64,000 nt of DNA, from contig JAPEUD010000044.1 of the NCBI GenBank assembly GCA_026026165.1, forward strand, positions 1-64,000. The letters run 5' to 3'. The notes below the pieces were generated by a model. The model was not told where the DNA came from and ran no database searches. It saw nothing but the letters and a program-made list of their open reading frames with translations. Made by a program: the position numbers and the translations under genes. The stretch is from Sarea resinae (Eukaryota). Of this stretch, positions 27,404 through 41,025 are shown one piece after another (position 1 is the first letter of the stretch; each line of letters starts with the position of its first letter).

Positions 27404-29077
27404 GCGGGTTCGCCTTGATGAAAAATGGACGACATAATATCGCCTTCAGTAAAGTAGGGAGTAGTAAGGCTGCATTCGACGGCTATCGGGCAATAGTTCA
27501 GGCCGGGTGACTTAGGGTCAGGCACAAATGATTAGGGTAGATCGAGTACCCTAGTTGTACAGCTAGCCAGTCTGCTGTAAGCGCAAGAAATGTCGTCACC
27601 ACCGTACGTAGTACCGCCTGCGGTACTCTGAATTCGTGATGACTGCAGCGCCCTGGCCCAAATATTACCCCACTTCCTGGTAAAGTGGAGGTACGAAGGT
27701 TAGTACTTCCAGCTTGATCCGCTTGCCCACCACCTCAGCCACAAGGTGTTCGGGCCAGTACTGCGCTCTAGCAGGTGTTCGTGAGGAAGCAAAGCCGTGG
27801 CAGAGCGAGTCATATCTTGGAACCCACGGCGCAGTAAGAGGCTCGGAATATATTAGTCTTTGTCATGGCCTTGACGGGCAGGGTACCTTATATTGATCGA
27901 TCCGCACGTCACGTTTAATGAAAGCAGTCAGCCCCCCCAAGGTTCATGTTGGCTGGTACTAACCTATTGGCGGGTCGGAGTCAGGCTGAAGAGCTCCGGC
28001 CTTATTCTACCTGAGACCCTTGAGATACCCGTACATACCTCACCCTTTGAGCCGTTGTGATCCAGCCCAGGCCGGCCAGGGTCCATTCGACCAAATCAAT
28101 TCACTTGACTTGACTTCACTTCAACTTTACCTCACCCAAATGTGAATGGCTTGCTAAGTGCATACTCCGTAGTATTCCACTCTAGTGACATCGCCATGTC
28201 AGATCGAAGCCTTGTCAGAGGACGAATGGTCGTAATGATATGGATGTTCACCTCACTCGTGAGTTCGTGAGAAATTCACTTCACCTTGACTACCTACCTT
28301 ACCTTACTCTACTCTCTACTTCCCTAGTAGTAGTAGTACAGTAGGTAGGTCCTGGTTCTCCAGCCATCGACAGATCGGGCGAGACCTACCTCCTCTCTAC
28401 CTTGTCAGCCTGCTCTTTCGTTCAGCTGGCTTCTCGTCTCCCGCCAATCATCTTCTTCTCACCGACTTTATCCCCCCTCGAGTCACCTGCATGCTGCATG
28501 AAAGCAAGAGACCAAGAGACCAAGAGACCAAGAGAGGCCACAAGGCCAGAAGACCTGTTTTCCCGTCACTCATCCCACCCACCAGCCATCCACCATCACT
28601 CATCACCCATGGCCCATACTTCTTTCGTCTTCCATTTCTCGTCTCGTCCCTTCACCTCTTCCTTCTGATTTCGTCATCTCCACTTCTTGCCATCCTATCG
28701 TCCTTCCAGGCATCTCTTGCTCGCCAGAACTCGTCTACATTTGGAGCGAGTCTTGCATGTGCCTCACCCTGCACGCTTGCGTCAGAAGCGAATCCCATCT
28801 GTTTCGCACAAGCCACCCCAAGCACCAGTTTCCCCCTCCAATAATTTCGATAAGCCCCGCCAAGGCCAAGTCAAGTGTTGCTACCCGACTGGCGCCCACT
28901 TTCAGCCCCTCCATAACCTCACGACACCATTGCCACCAACGCCCAGATCTATCGTCGTGCGACAACAGCAGTGTTCCTCCCCAACGACACCTTCTCCTAC
29001 TCCGCAAGGAGTGACGATAATTCTCAGCAGAAGGGGAAAAGTGTTTTCATCTTGCTGCCACTTTATATTCGCCTACC

Positions 29078-30861
29078 ATGTCGCGTCGCTATCCTGTTAG
29101 CGAGATCTATGAGGAGCGGGAGCGTGACTACTACCCGGAGCGCCGAGGTCGGGAGTATGACGAAGTCGACGTCGTTCGTCGTCGCACACCTTCAAGGCGC
29201 CCTGAACCCGAGTTTCTACGCGAAGACTATGGCAGAACCTCTGCTGGTCCCCTCGTATTGAGGGAACGCAAAACAGAGGAATTCTCTGGGAGGAGGGAGA
29301 AACCGAAAGAACGTGATTACGAGAAAGAAGAAGTGATCATACGGCCTAGAGAGAGGGAAAGAGAGCGGCCCAGAGAGGTCGAAAAGGAGGAATTTATCTT
29401 CCGGCCGAGAGAGAGGGAACGACCAAGGGAGGTTGAAAAAGAAGAGATAAGATTCCGTTCGGGAGAGAGAGAACGGCCGAGGGAGGTTGAGAGAGAGGAG
29501 ATAACGTTTCGACCGCGAGAAAGGGAGCGGCCAAGGGAGGTCGAGAAAGAGGAGATAACATTTCGTCGTGGCGAACGAGAGAGGCCTCCGCCGCCAAGAG
29601 AAGTTGAGAAGGAAGAACTTGTGACATTCAGGCGAGGCGAAAGGGAGAGACCACCACCTATTGAGAAAGAAGAGATAGTTTCATTCAGGCGCCCGCAGAG
29701 ATCACCGCCGAAGGATTACGAAAAAGAAGAGATCATAATCAGACGAACCGAGGAGATGAAAGAGGAGAAGAAAGAAGAACCGAAAGAACCGGAAATCATC
29801 CGCGAGCCGACAATCCACCAGGAAATTGTGACGCATCATCGACATATTGAGCATGGTAAGGTCATATCAAGCTCTCATGGCTTAGGCCGCACAACTGATT
29901 GGGTTACGCATAGAACCGGAAAGGGCACCTGCACCTCGTCCTCCTAGAATGCCATCACCATCGCCATCACCACCTCCTCCCCGCAGCTACGATGAGATTG
30001 AGATACGCAGAAGGTATGTTCATCTATCAACACTGCTGAGTCATCAAGATCAAGAAATGCTGATAAACCTCGAAGGGGTACCCGAAACGGCCAATATTAC
30101 GATGATGACATCATCATCGAGCGTGAAAATAATCGAAAGCGATCAGAAGAGGAGGCCCCCCCTCGACGAAGGTCTATGAGTGGACCAAGGCTCCCTGAAC
30201 GGATTCCTGATTACGAAGACGAGGCAGACTACTACAATAATAAGGTTCAAGAACGTGCCTTTATCGGTGAAGCCTACAATGGCGCGACAAAGGACTGGGC
30301 TATAGTTGATGTACCGCCAGGGACTAATCGAGTGCAGATGGATGGGATTGGAGGGGGAAGTCAAGAAGTCACCTGGCAAAGATACAACGGCGTTCGAAGG
30401 GCCAAATTTATTCCTGATGGAGCAGAGCCCGTGCGCGGTGATGAGATTGTCGCCAAGGAGACGATAATAGAGCGCGAGCCGCCGCCACTGCCCATTGGGC
30501 CTCCGCCGCCGCCAAGAGCATCAGGCTTGTGGACTGAAATAACGAAAGATCTGGTAGTGAAGGAGGCCATCGAGCAGGTCGGATTTGACTACGAGGAAAC
30601 CGAATACTTTTTCTACATAATGGATTATCTGAGATACGTAAGTGCTCTCGCTGATTTGGTGCAGACAGGGAGTTAACCAGATTCTAGGAGGACGTTCTTG
30701 AGCTTGTGGAGATTTCAGAAGACATCCGCCGCGAACGTCGCGAACGCATTCGCGAGATTCAATGGGAGAGAGAGCGTGTCAACGAACGCAGGGACTTTCG
30801 CCCATACGAAGTTGAGAGAGAGGTGGTTTACGAGGGTAGAAGGCCTGGACGGTATAGATGA
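29078..30861 (+). CDS. Conserved fungal Glu/Arg-rich repeat protein with C-terminal WTEITKDLV..YEET..FFY..YLRY|EDV domain (4 exons)
   Basis: Spliced ORFs join in frame across GT-AG introns starting near 29856, 30014 and 30638; C-terminal motif recognisable as a conserved uncharacterised Pezizomycotina family. Confidence 0.85.
29310..29745 (+). repeat. Coding tandem repeat, ~54-nt unit (RPRERERPREVEKEEITF), about 8 copies
   Basis: Eight E[K/R]EE-hydrophobic-R units visible in translation and DNA. Confidence 0.85.
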
Positions 30862-31720
30862 TCACCGGCATGTTCGCACTCGACAGCCGTGGTTGAATAC
30901 CACGGATTTGCTTACACTTTGTGCGTCGGACTTGCGGTGGTTCTAAGATGACTACAGACATGACCAATGCCTTGCCGTGCTATTTGAAGGCTTTTTGCGG
31001 GCATTGCGAGCAACGACTGATGAGCATCGACAATAACGACTCTACGATTTAGATGAGCATTGCGAGGAACAAAATGAGGTGAAACACTTAATGTTGTCGG
31101 CCTTTCCTTCTGGTGTCGTTTTTTCCTATATTTCATTTTCCTAACTTTCTGCATGTTCATAATGAATGAGAGATCATGCTCTTGCTGTAGTGCTCACGGG
31201 TATTATTTTCCATAACAAAGTTGCAAAGATATGCTTCGTCGCCGATACGGCACGCCGTACATGACTTATATCTGACCCGATGCCGGATAAATGACTATCA
31301 AGTAGGCAGAGCAGAAGCAAAACCTCTTATGAAAAGAGTGAGGGAACTGAACGATACACGAGAAAATCGAGGGTCTTGTAATGGATTGTAAGAAGTCTGT
31401 AGGAATAATTGAATTCAGATCGCAACATGGAATAGGGGGGTGAAGCGACATATGGAGATGGTCCGGTCCGAGGCCATTTCAAGCACGTGACTCAATACGC
31501 TAGTGTCTTCAGTTGGACTTCACGACGAGAATTTCGAGCTCCTCGGGTTACAACAAGAATGACAACATCCCCATCAGCTCTCACATCAATAATAGTCCAC
31601 CTCTTTGATATCTTCTAAGATCTCCTTACTTACTGCTGGTTTCAGTGGGATTTCAGGCCACTGAGCCGCATCATACCCTCTCACCGCTCCCTCCGATTGC
31701 TTCAATATAGACCTCCAGCC

Positions 31721-32994
31721 ATGCCTCCACGGATAAGAAAATCTGCACTGCAGGTAATCGAATCTCAATCTTTGGTCCCAGCATCACAGTGCTTTTGCCA
31801 TTTTCCAATTCCTCCATCACGGTACTTCTCGGCATCTCCTCAACATGCCACTCGTCTGCGACGTACAATGTTCAGGTGGCTTCAAGGACCAGGCCAGAAT
31901 TTCTACGAACCTCTACCGGGCTCGACAAACTATCTGAGTGCATATGATGTTTCTGGACGACTCATTCGGACTAGAGACTATGATCGTCCAGAGGGTGGTG
32001 CCGACGTTTCTAGATCTTCGGAATTGCCCAAGGAAACCAGCAATGATCTTAGGCCGTTTCCGCTGAATAACGCTTTCAGGAGCCATAGAATACTAAGCGA
32101 TGAGCTGAGGGAGGAAATATATAGAAGAGTCGCGGTTGTGGGAAAGAGTGTGAAAGTTGTGAGCGCCGAACTAGGAGTCGAGATGAACAGAGTTGGGGCG
32201 GTGGTGAGACTAAAGACTATAGAGAAAGATTGGGAGAAAAAGGTATGTGATCTTAATAGTCCCAGCTTTTCGTCCTCCCCGTTTGCATGATGATCCTTAA
32301 AAAAATCGATTAGTCTTGAAGACAATTACATGGTTACAAAATCTACGCTTTGCGAGCCTCTCTGATAGCATCACTCTTTCTCACCTTTATATATCACAAA
32401 TGTTCACCAGGGAAATGACAACTGATCAAATTGTTGGCCACAATCTAGGGCAAGAAATTCCCTAAACCATACGCTCGTGCTGTCCTCTCGATGCTCCCCC
32501 AAACTCCCTTCAATCCAGACTCACCAATGTCGCACGAATCCATTAACGACCTCCCCGCCCACCCTGCGACCATGCAGCAGATCTTTTATCCAACATCCGA
32601 ATCACGACACTTCACACGGGCTGATGCGGGCAAAGTCTTTGACCCTACCCTCCTACCGGCAGACGACCGTATCCCACACCCAGAGCTCATCACGCTGGAG
32701 AGGGAGCGCCTCGAGGGCGTTCCCCGTGCAGAGCGCATCGCACGTCAACGCGAGCGTCTACGGCTTGAGGTTGCGCAGAAGACAGAGCGAGAACGTCTAC
32801 GTGCCGAGAATGAGGCTCGCGAGGTCAAAGCCGTGACGCCGCCTGGCGCTCGCTGGGAATTCCGCTTCCGCGAGATTAGCGTGCAGGATGTCGGCAAAGA
32901 TGGACGGGCCCCTGGAGGTGTCGGCTGGCGGTATGGAATTCCTCATGAGGACCGCAAAAAGGGTCAAGTCAAGATCCCGACGAGAGTTGCCTAG
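31721..32994 (+). CDS. MRPS35: Mitochondrial small-subunit ribosomal protein mS45 (Mrps35/Bot1 family); intron 32243-32448
   Basis: Arg/Ser-rich presequence, RPFPLNNAFRS..LSDELREEIY, RVGAVVRLK, SESRHFTRADA, VGWRYGIPHEDRKKGQVKIPT. Confidence 0.88.
32284..32370 (+). ncRNA. Candidate intronic box C/D snoRNA with two rRNA guides
   Basis: C box ATGATGA 32287-32293, D' TTGA 32316-32319, degenerate C' ATGGTTA, D box CTGA 32362-32365, terminal stem TGC/GCA; guides TCGATTAGTC and TGCGAGCCTC complement conserved LSU rRNA sequences as recalled. Confidence 0.78.
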
Positions 32995-33609
32995 GTGCCA
33001 TGAGTACAGCCTGCCCATATCATCATCCCTCATCATGCGTCTTGCTCCACTTCGTGCGACTACCTTATCCTGTATCACTATTCCTGTATACTACTTCTAA
33101 TCGAAAATATTCGAATAGAAAGATCGATCAAATCAAACTAAGTCACAATTCATCGGCCAAGTTCATTCTTGCCGAACTCATCGCATTCTTGACCAACGGA
33201 GTCTCATTAAGAGCAAGCAGAAGTGTCACGTAATTAAAGAATCAACATGATTCGGGCGAAAACGCTCGCGCTCCCGATCTATAGCAAAGACCTTTCTAGA
33301 GGCTGATCGGTGACTCCACCAAGCTTGATTTGGTATCGGAAATAGGATAGATATTTCTACAATAATGCTTGGAAAAAAAAGACCCCGAATGTGAGACAAA
33401 GAATTTACGTCAACGAATCCAACAATCCCTCAGAAAATCGACGGCTGAAGAATCGCAGGAACCCAGGCCGCCGTCGCTGGCCATCCGACATATGGGCCCC
33501 GCCTTCTGTATGATTAAGGTCATCTCTTCACATTGGGTACTGTCGCGGTTGGACACACGATATCGATTTCGTAATACGGCATTCACTTCACTGAGTCATC
33601 AGGGATATC

Positions 33610-34350
33610 CGTGACGCGAGTGCGTACCCGTTGCTTCCCCGGTTGCTTTGTTGTGTTGGAGACGGACAAGCCAATCAGAGCCACGGATAGAGTAAACAGT
33701 CAAAAGAGGACCGTCGGGGAGACGCGACGTGATGCCTCTGAGACGTTCGACGATTTTTGTCTCGAAATAAGGAGATAAGGTGGGTGGTAGGTTGGTAGGT
33801 GAATGGTTGAGCGGTGAATCCTGAACCATACCTTCACTACCTGCCTAGGGACTGAGTGATGGGAAAGGGGCCAATACGTCAATCGTGACGCGGGTGTCTC
33901 TTCGTTGCTTAGGTTTCGGTTTGTTTTGCTGAGCCAGGGAGCCAATCAGAGGTACAGAAGATATAATCAGTCAAGAGAGAAGGGCTGGGGAGACGCGACG
34001 TGATGTCTCTGAGACGTTCGATGATTTTTGTCTCGAAATGAAGAGATCAGGTGGGTGGGTGGTTGGGTGGTGAATCCAGAATGATACCTTCATTACCTCA
34101 GTGATAGCAAAGGCACCAAGACATCAACCGTGACGCGTTTGCCTTCTCCGTTGCTTAGGTTTCCATTTGTTTTGGTGAACCAGGAGAGCCAATCAGAAGT
34201 ATAGAAGATACAAACAGTCAAGAGAGAAGGGCTGGGGAGACGCGACGTGAGCCCTCTGAGACGTTCGACGATTTTTGTCTCGAAATGCATAGTCGAGGCG
34301 TCTGTTCGTCGGTAGGTAGATAGGTCCGGTGGACAGGCGGTGAATGCCAA
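33610..34350. repeat. Three tandem diverged copies of a ~245-274 bp non-coding unit
   Basis: CGTGACGCG at 33610, 33884, 34129; near-identical ~53-nt core GGGGAGACGCGACGTGA..CTCTGAGACGTTCGAYGATTTTTGTCTCGAAAT at 33716, 33987, 34234. Confidence 0.9.
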
Positions 34351-35179
34351 AGCATGGAAAGGCGTATGACGGTTCCGAATTAGAGACTATAGAACCTGCC
34401 CTGACCGTTGGATGATCCCAGCTCGGCTTGAATAGGAGATGATGCTGAGATATGCCAACAATCTGAGCTTTCAGCTTGCCGGCAATGGATTGCATTGTGG
34501 GAACTCAATCCAGCGGGCGTCTGTCCTGTTCATTTTTGTCTTTGTCAAATGGGCTGTGAGATAGAGGCAAAACGGAACGCAACAGGACGGACAGACCGAC
34601 CGCCTAGACAGATGGTCCTGTAATTCTTTGATAATCTTAGATTCCGGCTTTATCTTTTCCTCCATTTGATAGTCATAATCGAGTGGAGGATGATCCGTGC
34701 ATCATGGATGTCAAATAAAGTAAGCCTTTTGAGAGCCCATCTCACTGCTTCTCCACCCAAGCTCGGGCTTCAGCGACAACGGTACGATGATTTTGGTGGG
34801 TCGCTGGATGGGCCTCCGGGAGGGTAATCCAGCCATGGAGTCGCTATTCTAGGCTAATGGGAATTGTGTGAGCGATGAGTTGGTTGGTGGAAATTCAGGT
34901 ATAGATAGTTAAGGATAGTCAGCTAATCTATTTCTGTGCCACCTTTCCATCTCTCGCCAACATTGGTAGAGCCCATTATTCCAAATGTTTCAGAAGCCCG
35001 ATATACAGGAGCAACAGTAACGAACACGCAAGCCAGTGATTTTGAAAAACGGACAAATGAATCGTTCTAGAGAAGATGCCGCAAGAAGAGGGCAACTTGA
35101 ACAAAGGAGACACTGGAAGAGGAAAACCTAGGAAACTGGAACAAGCAGCTTGAAGCTCGTCGAGAGGCAACAAACATCT

Positions 35180-36869
35180 CTAAGCGCCCTTATCGCATCC
35201 GATCCGTCCAAGCAACTCTTTCCGATCACTATGATGACCGGGTAAGCTAACACCGCTCGCAGCACTGCCACCGCTCTTGCGGAACCGGCGTGTAGGACTA
35301 TTTCGGCCCTTGAGATTGATAGCCTCGACGCCGACTTCTTCCTCGAGTGGAGGGGCGACCGTGATAACTTCATCGACTTCGTAGACCTGGCCGTCTAAGA
35401 CATGCTCATCGGCGCAGTGATCATGGTGCTCGCCCTCATCTTCTTCGCCGTCGCTGCGCGAGTCCTCAGCGGCGCCACCATTGATGACGCGCCAGGCGAC
35501 GCGAACGATCATGCCGAACCACATGAGAGTGAGAACTTGAAGCAGCAGAAGCATAGACAGGAACATCCACTTAATACGGCGTGAGAAGCAGACTTGGCCT
35601 TCGGGGTCGTTGAACGATTGCATAAGATTAGTGAAACCGCCTTTTGAGGCGCTGGAGGGGCTGAGTCTTTCGCCTGTGTTCGCCTGGTAGCATCCGTAAG
35701 GTATGTAAACGGACATGTCCTTGTACAATGACCAGCAAACGATCAGATACATGACGTGCCGGGCTGCAACCCAGGTTACCATGAAGAAACCGAAGGCGAT
35801 GTCGCAGGCAAGGTGGTACCCTAGGTACTTGAGAATCTTCGCAACCTTTGAAGAATGGATTAGTGCCATTGTGAGGACGTTGCCTTGAGACTTACCGGTA
35901 GGGTTATGTCCACTATATCCATGATGCATAGGATGACATTTCCGACTTTGGTACAATAGAAGGCGTAACTCGAGAATATCAAAGCACAAGTAAGGATATG
36001 GTGCGTGAACATTTGGTAATAGTCCTTTCGTCGCTCTTCAATGTTGACCACGAGGATTTGTTGCAACCAGAAGGCAAACTGGACTAGGTAGTACCATTTA
36101 AACAAACCGTCCATCTCTCTATCTGGAAATCCTTTCCACAGTTCTGTGAAATCTTGCCAGTACCGAGAATTGTGCCAAAGATGCTAACAGAAAGGTTAGC
36201 TTAGCCATCGCATCTCATCGCCCAGAAGCCATTAGCATCGCGACTACACATACCATTCCCAAAGTCCAAAAAGCCGTATAGTAAATCAGGAGCCAAGCTT
36301 GCTCCGCAAATCTCGTCTTGTCTTTTCTCTTGTGAACCCCTCCACTCTCAGCCAAGGGTATCAATATATAATCCATGATCGCCGCCCGAACTCCAGTGAA
36401 TATGACAACCCAGCAAGTAACCAAGTAAAAATCGTCCCAGCCCCTGGTGTACCTTCCTGAGGATGAGTCGTGATATGAAAGTTCGATGAATTTGCGTGTG
36501 TGTCGTCTCATTGGCGGAAACCACATATGCACCAAGCAGAGGAGGAGAAGAAGATCGGTTGCGAGCCCTGAATTAATCAGTCAATAACACTGTAAACCGT
36601 TGATAGCAATCGGGGGACCAACCTATCTGATGCCTCACGATGAAAGCGCATATGCCCGTTGGGGCAATTACTTCCCTTCGTTTCACTCTTCTCTTCATCA
36701 CGACTGGCCGTCCCTTTGACTTTACTCCATCCGAATCGATTGTTGCCGAAGAGGTCTCGATTGTTTCTACTTGAAATGATTTTTCTATCAGTCCCCTCGC
36801 AGTATCATCTTGGCTGTCCACAACCCCAGACTCGGCCGCCGATGGATACTGAACATCTCTGACATCCAT
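35180..36869 (-). CDS. lag1: Ceramide synthase (sphingosine N-acyltransferase, TLC domain; Lag1/Lac1 family, BarA-like), 4 exons
   Basis: RFAEQAW, KWYYLVQFAFWLQQ, Lag1 motif RRKDYYQMFTHH..LCIMD..D, AKILKYLG, GAEDSRSD-like tail. Confidence 0.92.
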
Positions 36870-38908
36870 AACGCTGTGAATGATACGCCTGGTTCCAATT
36901 GAAGCTTCGATTGCTGCTCAATTGGCGGATACCTCAGTTGTTCGAGTCTCAGTCGGCGAACATTGACCCGTGAGTTGATAGGTGGAGGCCAGCACGATCG
37001 CGCGTTGGCGATTGCAATTCCAGCTCCTTGCCTACGGAGTGATGTATATAGGTCTGATGGGCGTCGCGGATGGAGGTTTAGAAAAATGAGCCTGTTTGCT
37101 GAAGCTCTTGAAAGCACTCCTCTGCCCTGCACTTGGCGAAGCTTCACTGATCCGACGTGAGTGCTCTGTTTTTCGGCGATCTTTTCATATAGTCAGTCAA
37201 GACGATGGAGGCGACGTTGGCAACAGTGAACGCTCTGTGCTCAACAATCAATGCGGAGGGAACTGACCTAAAGCGTCGATAGTCGGTCAAGAACTGAGGA
37301 GCAGCAACAGCAGACAGAGTATATTGTTGCAGAGAGAAAGCGGTATAGCCCTGGAGAAGTGACCTATGACCGGAAGTTGTACTTGCATGAAACGGAATTA
37401 TGGATTTCCCCTATGGATTGCACCCTATTACAGGGCTTGGGGCGGCTGGCAGGAAGTGAATTCGGCCCCCAGTGATCCTAGCAGTGCTATTGTTATTCCT
37501 GCCCACCTCGTTAGTCGTACGAGTCGATCAGGGCAAGGGTAAAACGTAGTGCCTACCTTAAGCTCGGTTGGGTACCGTAAAGGGTACTAGGTAGGCATGT
37601 GCGAAATAGGTGGAGGTGGAGATGCACGAAGTACCGTCTGTGCTCGGTACTGCATTTCCAGACTCCAGAGGACACGCACGAGGGGGCGCTTCGTACTCTA
37701 GTACTCGAAGTAAATAGGAGAGAGCATGAAGGCTCGACTCCGGAGTACCTACTTCCTACCCAAGGTAGCCCTACCCAAGGTAGGTACTCTGTACCTACGA
37801 AGGCCTCCACTGTGTCCGTACTGAATGCGAATGAGATACTCGAGCTCGCCCGGTCCTGAGGTAAGTACTACAGTAAGTGCCTGGGGCGCGCTACGCAGCA
37901 GGTGGGTCTGTGAAAGCGGTGGGCCGAGGGGCCCTGCTATGGTAGATTCCCCTGTCCACCATCCATATCCAATGTCTTCAAGGGCAAAGGAAAAGTATTC
38001 CGAGTACGCGTACTCCCTTGATACTTCGTACCCTGTACTCTGTCCATCCCTAAGCTCGATCCCTTACCCGTTCAGTCCAAGGGTCCAAGTATCCTGTGTC
38101 GTCAGTACCGTACCCTACCTAGACAGTACCTACCCAAGGTACTCCGTAGGTACTGTCTGAAGAGCGAAATCTCGAAGAAACCTTGCTTCGCCAGTAGCTT
38201 CAACTCTTCCTCCAACTATCGTCCATGTCTAATGTGGAGTACCGAGTACTTCAGATCTTCTCGACAGTCGCCCATCAGGCCAGCCACGGCACTCAATAGC
38301 ATCATTGCGACGGCCAACGTGCTCCTCCACAAATACTTCCCGCCGCACTACGAGTAAGGTACTCTGTACAGTACTCAACAATAATCTGAGGTACCTAGGT
38401 ACCTTGGGTCCTCTACCTGACTTTCTTCCGTCCAAGCAGCGCTGACCGCTGAGGTCAACTATCAAGGCCTGCCGAGTGGATCATTTTCTCACGTACGAAG
38501 CTTATCGCTCGATAAGAAGAGAACTTTGTATTTGCTTAGCTAGATTCAGTTTATCTTGATAGTTCCGAGGCAAGCCGCGGCACCAAAGGTGTTTCATAAA
38601 AGTGCTTTATTTTGAGGGCTGTAAATGTTCTGACACAACGATAAAGTCACAATCGTCTCATTCTAAAGAAATGGCGCTATCTCCAGGGATAAGACTACCC
38701 TGACACAAGGGGAGCAGACATTGTGCCCGCGACGGCTCCTCCTGAGCTCTGTAATCGTATATCGATAAGCCTATACCCGTCATTAATACCTATTATCGCG
38801 CCCAAGACTCCAAGGTTCCAAAATAATGAGCGGATAGCAAACTCCTCTCTCCCGTGGTCCTGACTCAATCATCCTAAGGCGCCGGACAGTCTCCATTATG
38901 CCATGCTG

Positions 38909-39909
38909 CTAGTTGTTCTGCTGACTGTTCAGGATACGGAGGATAGCAAGAAAGAGGTTGATGATGTCCAGATACAGGGAGATGGCGGCAGCGATCTCTT
39001 CCTCCACATGATAGTGTCGCATCACCAGCTGTGTATCCACGAGGATGTAGCCACTGAAGATCAGAGCCACAACACCTCCGTATATGAGCTCCACGGTGCT
39101 GTTGTATGGGAAAAAAGCCGCCATAAAGCCGAACATGATCAAAGCCCAGAGACTGCCAAAGAGATATGGAACCCATGACGTGAAGTCGTATTTGGTCTGG
39201 CAAGCGAAGAGCGTAAGAGCCACGAACATGCCCAGAGTCAATAGCAACGCTTCAATAACAATGCGAGTCTCGTAAAACGAAACTATAACGGAAATGGAGT
39301 AGGCCTCAAGTAAGGTAAAGCCACTAAGGAATATGAGATTGGTAGGATAGGATTTGCGTTTCCAGAAGGTAAGAAGCTGGAGGACTCGGATTAGTAGTAT
39401 TCGATGCAACTGTAAATCTCGATCACTTACCATCAAGCCGATGGCCCCGAAAAGGGAAACCCACATCATCCACTGATTAGATTGGATCCATTGCTTGTAT
39501 CCGGTGCTGAAAAAAGATACTGAACTGAGGATTGCCGTTGCCAGAAGTTGGACCGTCCTGCATCTAATGAGCAACCACTTCACCATAGGGAAAGCTACAA
39601 TACATACAGAATAGCATACACCTTCCTAACAAATTGCATTCGGATACTGATGTGCGCTTCCGATACGGATCCCCCGAACTAACCATTTCATCAGCTACAA
39701 ACCATGTACATTGTCTTGGGTTGGGAAGGATTTCCTCTGCGTACCTTGAAGTCATCGGGAAGGTTATCATCGCTGCTTCTCGGGGCACCGAGGATGGGAT
39801 CAGTGGCGTTACTGGCTTCGGCTTGGTAGGACGGCGGGGGTTGGGCATAATGCGAATCATCCAGAGAATCTCGCTGGGGAGCTGGCTCGTACTTTGTATT
39901 TGCAGCCAT
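38909..39909 (-). CDS. BXI1: Bax inhibitor-1 / TMBIM family membrane protein (4 exons)
   Basis: DDFK|FGGSVSEA..IRMQFVRKVYAIL|TVQL, YPTNLIFL, QTKYDF, LVDTQ, AISLYLDIINLFLAILRIL. Confidence 0.92.
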
Positions 39910-41025
39910 GTCGCAGTCCCCGGAGGCTATCAAGTGAGGTGTATAAGGAGGCGTGCGAGTATTGAAACGTGTTATGGCAATCCAAGAGCGTAGATATTAA
40001 GAAAGCAGTTGTATGTACGGTAGGTTAAGGCAGGTGGTAACCTCATAATAATATGGGAGGCGGCAATGTTCACTGGGGCGAGAGGAGTCAGATGATGCAA
40101 CCGGTCCGGATTGCTTTAGCGACGCCAGCTCATTGGGCCAAGAGCTCACCCCCAATGGGCAACGGCAACGAGGAACTTACCGACAAGACCATACTACGTA
40201 TTCGTAGTAGAGTAAGATGCCTAGGTACATAGGTAGGTTACCTTTACGCCTTAAACAATCTGGGCAGGGAACTGACTCTATGGGATAAATTTACGAAAGA
40301 TCGATATATGCAAGAACACGGTCTCTTCCTACATAAGAGTAGTATTCGTTAGGAGACTTCCTTCGGGGCGTGTGTCTTAGTGAGAACTTCAGCACGAGGC
40401 TTCCTGTATTGATGTCTCCTTTACAAAAATCTTGCATCATTGGAAATGTTATTGTGAAAGGCATAGAAAGGTGAGACTTGGCGAACAAAGGCAAACTCGG
40501 AGAATGATGGCCATTCAGCTCACTAGCACCAATTAAAGACGCCTACTACTTACCTGGGCACACTCCAAGGTTTTCTAATAGATACAAACCAATTGAACGC
40601 TAACCTCATTGTACAGTCTGCAACAACGCGACGCTGTTTGAGAAGCTCATCACTTGCACGGAACGAAATTGAGAAGAGGATGGTCAATTATATTAACAGT
40701 ATAATCGCTTCACCCAGTTCTTGGTACTACAAAGTTTTTAATAACAAAGGGGATATAGCCAGCAGGAATGTAGAATGTAATATGAAAACACCAAATCTCG
40801 CTCATTCAAACGGAACCCGCGACCAAAGGAGCAGTAGAGTTTCAGACTTTCATGAAGTGATGTTGCTGTAGAGTGTTTCTTGGTTGGGGACCCCCGAACC
40901 GTTGACTTAGCGTTAATTCGAGAGGCCTCGTACCACGACTCCGTTTCGATCCAGATACCACAAGCCTTCAATGACAAATTCATTTCATCCACTTAACACG
41001 GCTTCCAAGTACTTGATATTGATCT

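Noticed and set aside
33610..34350. CRISPR-like repeat array
   Set aside because: Eukaryotic context, the inter-core sequences are homologous rather than unique spacers, and there are no cas genes.
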